A program made the position numbers and the translations under genes. DNA of 55,734 nt from a virus. Below, one piece after another: positions 50,801 to 55,734 of this stretch. Location: the IMG/VR virus record IMGVR_UViG_3300033552_000009, positions 1 through 55,734 of that record; one strand, written 5' to 3'. The notes under the pieces were generated by a model that was not told where the DNA came from, searched no databases, and saw only the letters and a list, made by a program, of their open reading frames with translations. Numbering within the stretch: position 1 is the stretch's first letter; each line of letters starts with the position of its first letter.

Positions 50801-52563
50801 GGGCCGCACGGGGCATTAATGCGCTGTTTAAAGGCATGGGGTCAAGCCTGTCATTGTCAGGCTATCAAGCAGGCTCAGAAACGTCTAACAAAGGCCGGGG
50901 CGGGGTTATGGCTGGCGGTACGCTGTCAAACGGCATGACCTTTGGCGAAAGCGGGCAGGGTAGCAATTACAACGGCACGTATTATGAACGTTCTAGTTCC
51001 CAATCGCCTGACGCTGCAACCGCTGCCGCGAATCTGGCAACTGATCTTAAACAATCAGTTATTCAAGCAATGCAGGCCGCTGCCGGGTCAATCCCCAAAC
51101 TTATATCAGATCAAGTACGCGGCATAGATGCAGAATCCCTTAGTGACGATGCCGCAAGCGCAATCATTGCAAACATTGAAGCGCAAGTTAAAGCAGTTGG
51201 CGAATTCCGCGAAGCTTTGAAATCTCTGCCGTTTGAAAATCTTAAAAGCCTTAGCTTTGATGCCGCTGCCGGTCTAATTGAGGCTTCAGGCGGTTTGCAA
51301 TCTTTGTCAAATAACTTAAAAAGCTATTACGATAATTTCTATACTGAAGAAGAAAAGATTGCTAATACCCGCAAAAACATTTCTAGCCAATTGCAAAATG
51401 CCGGGTTGAATGTCAGCACTCAAGACTTGTCGGAAATGTCTCGTAAAGACTTTAGGACGATGGTTGAAGCGCAAGACGTTAATACTGAAAGCGGTAGAAA
51501 AGCATTCGCCGCTTTAATGAGCGTAAATGGCGCATTTGCTGAATTGACAAAAGAGGCTGACGGCATGAGTGAAGCCGCTAAAAAGCTAGCCGATATTATG
51601 GATGGCTTGCGGGAACGGACAATGGAATTGCGTATTCAAGCCGAACGGGCATTGGGCAACGGCTCACGCGCTGATTCTATGCAACGGGCCATTGATACTA
51701 AAGGGTACGATGCCGCCGCACTAGCAATCTACGATTACAACGCCGCACTTGAAAAACAGATTCAAGTTACCGCTACTGCAAAAGAGGCTTTGATTCAAGC
51801 CTACAAAACGGAAGTTGATTCGATGCAGGCTACGGTAAGCAAGTTTACCGATTTCGCAAAGAGTCTTACCCAATTCCGCGAAGGTCTGCTGATAGGTGAC
51901 AAGTCGCCGCTGTCCCCTATGCAGCAATACGCGCAAGCCCAATCGAATTTTGCTGACCTGTCGAACAAGGCTAAAAACGGTACGCCTGCCGAACGTGAAG
52001 ATGCAATGTCTAAATTGCAGTCTGCCGCCACTACCTTGCTTGATATGTCAGCCGTCATCAATGCAAGCGGTTCCGGTTATACAAGCGATTTCGCAACCGT
52101 ACAGGGTGCGCTTAAAGACGCATCAATTTCTGCGTCTGCTACAGCCAGCGTAGCGCAATTGCAGCTTGACGCCGCACAACGTCAGGTTGATTTGCTAACC
52201 GGAATCAATAGCGCGGTGGTTAGTGTGGGCGCTGCTTTGAATAGCTATCGTGACGAAATGATTAACTTAGGCAGAGTAAATGCTGCCGGGGCTAATGCTG
52301 AAATAGTTTATGCTGCCGAACTGGCTGCTAGAAGTGCAAACAATGGCGCTAGCGGTGGCGGTGGTCAAGTCATGAACAACATGGAATTTACAAAAGCCAT
52401 GCAAGATTTGAAAAACGAAATGGCAATGCTTAGGACACAAAACGAATCGAATACGAATTCAATTGTTCAAGGCAATTACGATGCTAACGCACAAAACGCA
52501 AATCGCGTTGCCGAAGAACAAGCACGGCAATACTGGCTTACCCAAAAAACAAAGTTGAATTAA
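47899..52563 (+). CDS. tape measure protein
   Basis: 1554 aa, with long coiled-coil stretches. A Gly/Ala/Ser-rich hydrophobic glycine-zipper block lies around nt 50280-50690. It sits after the chaperones. Confidence 0.85.
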   Translation: MSDESPIIVEVVDKVAPSIKANLREIGEMGEKAYLSIDKLKNALANVSKGNPVSELQAQLKKMESALALSITAQDKANLATLKAETVQQKLAIAQNNAAASAQKLAAEQARTAKALTDSQAASDRAAAAALRLQNAQDAAEKAALRLAKGNQASSNAMQANGISARDMTNRLRTIPMQMTDIIVSLQGGQAPLTVLLQQGGQLKDVFGGILPALKAVGGYLLTFVSPLTLIAAAVAGLAFAFNAGQTELLDFQNAATMTGNSIGLTNSQFSEMTNAISAIAGTKGKAADALTEIAKAGNLTGSEIQNIATTAVLMEKATGQALSKTVEQFSELAKEPVNASLKLNETYQYLTASTYEQIKALTEQGNKLAAAELAEKSYADAMTGRAKQVVENVGYMERAWRGLLGTVKGVWDYMKNIGRESSTGDKLASLQKQLADVEGATPKYGAKGDAAKENQAGKLKDQINLLQEQDRLLKKGNERQVEANETREKTLQAAVRVDAVLKQTETNKEKRDKLSMQTRKDMVLLGKSEVEIQKALSNIQDKYKDPKGPKAKSTTIFTENEQLIASIKRVSASIQEEYNQQDKLTKVEQFAAKTNADISSSKFKYSKETLALKDALLEEMKATEALNLQRVAGNKALEENVKNRQIDIDKTIKDIEQIEDQINKQIDHNNSILMTKEATAQLSAEREREGLIIQELAAIKKYDRDLDIESYDWTMKRIASLRQLADLKQRGGMLETAASEAKEAEKEWSKFNTSLYNGIVDNLERAFKKGSGFFNSLWQGIKDAFRGTVLKLLIQGSVTTAASAMGMSGLAQAGSAFTNGSNLISGIGNLFSGGGIGSSAAGMLGSGISSLFGATAGNAAIGGALGLGSGSATAAALAAAQAGGATLTAGATAMAGSMASLGSTLAAVAGPIGLAIVAGSLISGMMSKKDARFGGTYSMGANGEAAYRHGPVKGFGGDSGVAANITGAARGINALFKGMGSSLSLSGYQAGSETSNKGRGGVMAGGTLSNGMTFGESGQGSNYNGTYYERSSSQSPDAATAAANLATDLKQSVIQAMQAAAGSIPKLISDQVRGIDAESLSDDAASAIIANIEAQVKAVGEFREALKSLPFENLKSLSFDAAAGLIEASGGLQSLSNNLKSYYDNFYTEEEKIANTRKNISSQLQNAGLNVSTQDLSEMSRKDFRTMVEAQDVNTESGRKAFAALMSVNGAFAELTKEADGMSEAAKKLADIMDGLRERTMELRIQAERALGNGSRADSMQRAIDTKGYDAAALAIYDYNAALEKQIQVTATAKEALIQAYKTEVDSMQATVSKFTDFAKSLTQFREGLLIGDKSPLSPMQQYAQAQSNFADLSNKAKNGTPAEREDAMSKLQSAATTLLDMSAVINASGSGYTSDFATVQGALKDASISASATASVAQLQLDAAQRQVDLLTGINSAVVSVGAALNSYRDEMINLGRVNAAGANAEIVYAAELAARSANNGASGGGGQVMNNMEFTKAMQDLKNEMAMLRTQNESNTNSIVQGNYDANAQNANRVAEEQARQYWLTQKTKLN

Positions 52564-54018
52564 ATGACTAATAAAGAGTTTAAAGAATGGCTGTCAAAAC
52601 ATGATTCAATTCGATGCCTATTAGTTGAATTAACTGTTATGACTGACGGCGGGCTTGTAACTCGATATTTGTCAACAAAAGGTTTTGTTACCGGTACGGG
52701 TGACGTTCCCGAAAACACGGCGTACCTTCCAATTATTACCGGTGAATTTACAGTAACTGAAGAATTGTCGCTTGACGGCACAGCGTCAATCGGGTACGGC
52801 GATATTGAAATAAATAACGATGCCGGTCAATATGACAGTTGGCTTAAAGAAGGTTGGAATAACCAATCAATTAACGTTTATTTAGGCGATGTTCGCTGGT
52901 TACGGGGCGCGTTTAAACGTATCTATTCCGGCGCAATTTCTCGCATTGATAGCCGTACCCGCACCCGGCTAAATATCAAACTGCACGACAAGCTACAGTT
53001 TTTGAATAAGCCGCTTGTCGAAAACAAAGTTGGGGGAACCGGTGAAAACCGTGACGTACTGAAGCCCATTTGTTATGGCGAAGTGCATAACGTCAAGCCT
53101 GTAATGATTGATTCTGTTCTGCTGAAATATGCAGTTCACACGGGCGCAATCGAACGAATTATTGAAGTCAGGGATGACGGCAACCCGGTTCCGTTCCTTC
53201 AGGATATTGCAACGGGTACGTTCACCCTTTACTCTAAACCGCGTGGCTTGATTACAGCCAGCGTTCAAGGTGATAAAGCAGGGGGAATCTATACGAATAA
53301 TGTGGGCGAAATAATCAGACGAATAATTAAGTTGAATGGCTTTACTGACGCTGATCTTGATTTGGTTATCTGGAATGAATTTATACAGCTATATCAACAA
53401 CCTGTAGGCATTTACGTAACCGAACGAATTAACACGTTGCAAATTTGTGCTGAATTAGCGTCAAGTATTAACGCAACGTTGTTAATGAATAGCGATAGCA
53501 AAGCGTTTTTGTTCAAGATGAAAATGCCCACATTAAGCACGAATGAAGTGACGAATCAGGTCATGACTTCAGATTCATTTGAAATCTTAGACCGTCCTGA
53601 TATTCAGGCCGCTTTCAAAGTCGGCTATTGCAAAAACTGGACAGTTCAAGAGAATTTGCTTACCGGAATTCCCGAAGCCCATAAGCTTTATTTTGCTAAG
53701 GAATGGCTGTCCCATACTGAAGTAAATACAGTTTCAGCGGCTGCTAATAAACTTTCAGTTGCGCCTATTCAAAAGGACACATATTTATTAACCGAATTTG
53801 ACGCTATCGTTTTATCAAAAGAATTGGTTGATCTATGGTCAACGCCTAAAACGGTTTTTGGCTACGGGGGCGCACCATATTTAATAATTGAACAATTAGG
53901 GTCATCACAAAAGATTTGGCATACCCGTTTTGATTTTTCCAATAGTAAACTAGGGCTAGTCATAGGCATTCAGCGAAAGTACATTGAAGGCCGTGCCGTT
54001 ATTAAGGTTCTAGCATGA
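52564..54018 (+). CDS. distal tail / tail-tip hub protein
   Basis: 484 aa, between the tape measure and the J-like protein. The TAAATG junction follows the TMP stop. Confidence 0.5.
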   Translation: MTNKEFKEWLSKHDSIRCLLVELTVMTDGGLVTRYLSTKGFVTGTGDVPENTAYLPIITGEFTVTEELSLDGTASIGYGDIEINNDAGQYDSWLKEGWNNQSINVYLGDVRWLRGAFKRIYSGAISRIDSRTRTRLNIKLHDKLQFLNKPLVENKVGGTGENRDVLKPICYGEVHNVKPVMIDSVLLKYAVHTGAIERIIEVRDDGNPVPFLQDIATGTFTLYSKPRGLITASVQGDKAGGIYTNNVGEIIRRIIKLNGFTDADLDLVIWNEFIQLYQQPVGIYVTERINTLQICAELASSINATLLMNSDSKAFLFKMKMPTLSTNEVTNQVMTSDSFEILDRPDIQAAFKVGYCKNWTVQENLLTGIPEAHKLYFAKEWLSHTEVNTVSAAANKLSVAPIQKDTYLLTEFDAIVLSKELVDLWSTPKTVFGYGGAPYLIIEQLGSSQKIWHTRFDFSNSKLGLVIGIQRKYIEGRAVIKVLA

Positions 54019-55734
54019 GTGTTATTGTCAATCCACGGGATATTCTGCTACAAGGTACGCCGCCTACGGGGCGCATCCTGCCCGTTGATTTGCCGCCTAA
54101 CGTCATCATTCCGGGGGTAACGGCTGACCTGACAACGCCGCCCATCCCTGACGGTTTTAATGCAATCCCGTCATTCTCAAACGTCCTGATTTCGCACAAC
54201 GTACCTGTTTTCACAATAGGCCACGGGTATAAGCTGACAAAGGTTTACGGGGCAATCTCGCAAGCCGACACTATAAATTTGCCTACGTTTGTTGACGCAA
54301 AGATTTTAGATTCATTTATTGGCACAGTTGGCGCATATTCAACAACGCCGGGTTTAAGGTGGCATTTTTGGATTACATGGGTCAGCAATGACGGCAAAGA
54401 ATCGCTACCTGCCGGGGGTCCAAACGGCAAGCGGGCGCAAACCGGGATTGACGTTGAAAAGGTGGTTGCCCTACTGACCGGAATTGGCAACCCGTTTAAA
54501 GAGGTAAAAGTAGGCTATACGCAACCTGACGGCACTTTTATACCGCCCGGTACATACACTTCAGACGCCTATATCCACAACGGATTCATAAAAAACGCCA
54601 TGATTGGATTGCTGGCGGTAGATGACGGCAATATCGTTAAACTGAATGTGGGAAAACTGGTAACGGGAACCCTTCAAGTCGGAACGTCAATCACTAGCGC
54701 AAACTACGTACCGAATTCGCAAGGCTTTTTGTTCCGTTCCTCTGATGGATTTATTGAAGCAAATAACGCATTGTTTCGCGGGACCGTTTTTGCAAACGCT
54801 GGCGAAATGCGCGGGATAACTATTAAAGACGCTGACGGTAATGTTATCTTGTCGTCACGGGGAAGGATTCCCGATAGCTGGCGCACAAAGAATATGCTTA
54901 GGGTTGATTCATGGGTTGCCGGTCACGACGGCGCACCCGGTTTCATTCGCAACGGCGGTATTTATGAATCGTATAGGGGCATTGCCCAATTGCCTGACGG
55001 TTCGCAGGGTATGGTTTGGGTCTGCTATCCCGGTTTGTATTTAAATAACGCTTATGGATGGGACAACCCTTTACCGGGTGCCGAACCTGCCGGGGATGGG
55101 GATGGCGGTTGGAATACTGATACGTTTGAAGTGAATTCGGCAAAAGCTTATCGGTTTCATGTTTACTTCAAACGTTACGGCGGTTCTAGGGGATTGACTT
55201 ATTTAGGTTGCGCTGGCGGTACTGTTCGGGATATGGGCAATGGTCCTGTTAATCAAAATCCTTATTTTTGGAATGGTCAGCCCCCTTTATTGGATAGATG
55301 GTATTTGGCTGTTGGTTATGTTTATCCGGCGCATCATGTAGCGGCTGGACAATCAAATGCGGGTGGCGTTTGGGATTGCGTTACCGGTCAAAAAATATCA
55401 CAAGGTACAGATTTCGCATGGGTTGATGGCATTACGTTTTCGCAACATAGGGCGTATTTATTTTATTCGGTTGCCCAAAGCCAACAACAATTAGCTTGGC
55501 CGGGTGTTAATTTAATAGATGGGACAGAACCCAATTTAGATTCGTTGCTGAGTATGTCGGCACTCAGCGCAAGGAATCCGTTAAGCCCTGAAAACGCATC
55601 TACCTATATTCGGGCTGCTGCGATTGATTCAGCCCACATTAGGGACTTAGCTGCTGAAAAGATTCGCGTCGGTACGCTGTATGGTCATACGCTTTCGGCC
55701 TCTGTAATCAACGGTGCAACCGTTAACGGCGGGG
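54015..55734 (+). CDS. J-like host-specificity / central tail fibre protein, N-terminal part (continues at nt 1..606)
   Basis: ATG 54015 overlaps the upstream TGA, with AAGG 9 nt upstream. There is no stop before the window end. It has an FN3-like segment (PGLRWHFWITWVSNDGKES) and J/DUF1983-like repeats (AYIHNGFIKNAMIG, IRAAAIDSAHIRDLAAEKI). Confidence 0.75.
   Translation, partial: MSVIVNPRDILLQGTPPTGRILPVDLPPNVIIPGVTADLTTPPIPDGFNAIPSFSNVLISHNVPVFTIGHGYKLTKVYGAISQADTINLPTFVDAKILDSFIGTVGAYSTTPGLRWHFWITWVSNDGKESLPAGGPNGKRAQTGIDVEKVVALLTGIGNPFKEVKVGYTQPDGTFIPPGTYTSDAYIHNGFIKNAMIGLLAVDDGNIVKLNVGKLVTGTLQVGTSITSANYVPNSQGFLFRSSDGFIEANNALFRGTVFANAGEMRGITIKDADGNVILSSRGRIPDSWRTKNMLRVDSWVAGHDGAPGFIRNGGIYESYRGIAQLPDGSQGMVWVCYPGLYLNNAYGWDNPLPGAEPAGDGDGGWNTDTFEVNSAKAYRFHVYFKRYGGSRGLTYLGCAGGTVRDMGNGPVNQNPYFWNGQPPLLDRWYLAVGYVYPAHHVAAGQSNAGGVWDCVTGQKISQGTDFAWVDGITFSQHRAYLFYSVAQSQQQLAWPGVNLIDGTEPNLDSLLSMSALSARNPLSPENASTYIRAAAIDSAHIRDLAAEKIRVGTLYGHTLSASVINGATVNGG
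55608..55734. repeat. 127-nt terminal direct repeat, identical to 1..127
   Basis: Exact duplicate of the first 127 nt. Confidence 0.9.

Noticed and set aside
1-55734. Search for a lysogeny module (integrase, CI-like repressor, excisionase) or a known defence or anti-defence system (RM, CBASS, retron, Acr-Aca).
   Set aside because: No tyrosine or serine recombinase motifs, methyltransferase motifs or other hallmark domains were recognised by eye. The only HTH candidate (18620) sits in a lytic-type divergent promoter. Absence cannot be proven without profile searches.

Overview
The window is a complete tailed dsDNA phage genome of about 55.6 kb, linearised from a circular contig. The first 127 nt are identical to the last 127 nt, and one tail gene reads through that junction. 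I saw no integrase, repressor, tRNA, CRISPR array, reverse transcriptase or phage RNA polymerase, so it is probably a virulent phage that uses the host RNA polymerase.

Layout:
- 54015 -> 606: J-like host-specificity protein, wrapping the junction.
- 603-9080 (+): a large receptor-binding cluster. It holds a 1004-aa fibre with a GH18/hevamine-like domain and a 922-aa protein built from about 26 tandem 20-aa repeats split by a discoidin domain.
- 9064-18533 (-): replication and recombination module. It holds a family-B-like polymerase, a DnaN-like clamp, an SF2 helicase, a Cas4-like nuclease, an SSB-like protein, a Sak4-like ATPase and a MazG-like enzyme.
- 18534-18619: back-to-back divergent promoters.
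- 18620-21143 (+): an HTH protein and a primase-polymerase/NTPase fusion.
- 21.1-25.98 kb: early cassettes driven by near-identical sigma70-type promoters, flanked by two long ORF-free regions.
- 25.98-33.5 kb (+): about 45 small, translationally coupled genes.
- 34.4-35.95 kb: lysis cassette.
- 35.97-54.0 kb: siphovirus-type packaging, head and tail module, with a canonical -1 frameshift in the tail chaperone.

Most notable non-standard signals:
- The 9-mer AATGTGGGC occurs 19 times, independent of strand and reading frame. It also forms terminator stems, as DNA uptake sequences do.
- The phage beta-clamp ends in an SSB-type EDDIPF tail, while the phage SSB-like protein has an SSB-like disordered linker but no acidic tip.
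- An iteron cluster lies beside an AT-rich block.
- A cassette with its own promoter encodes a small membrane protein and a signal-peptide HNH nuclease.

All family assignments come from motif recognition by eye, not from database searches.
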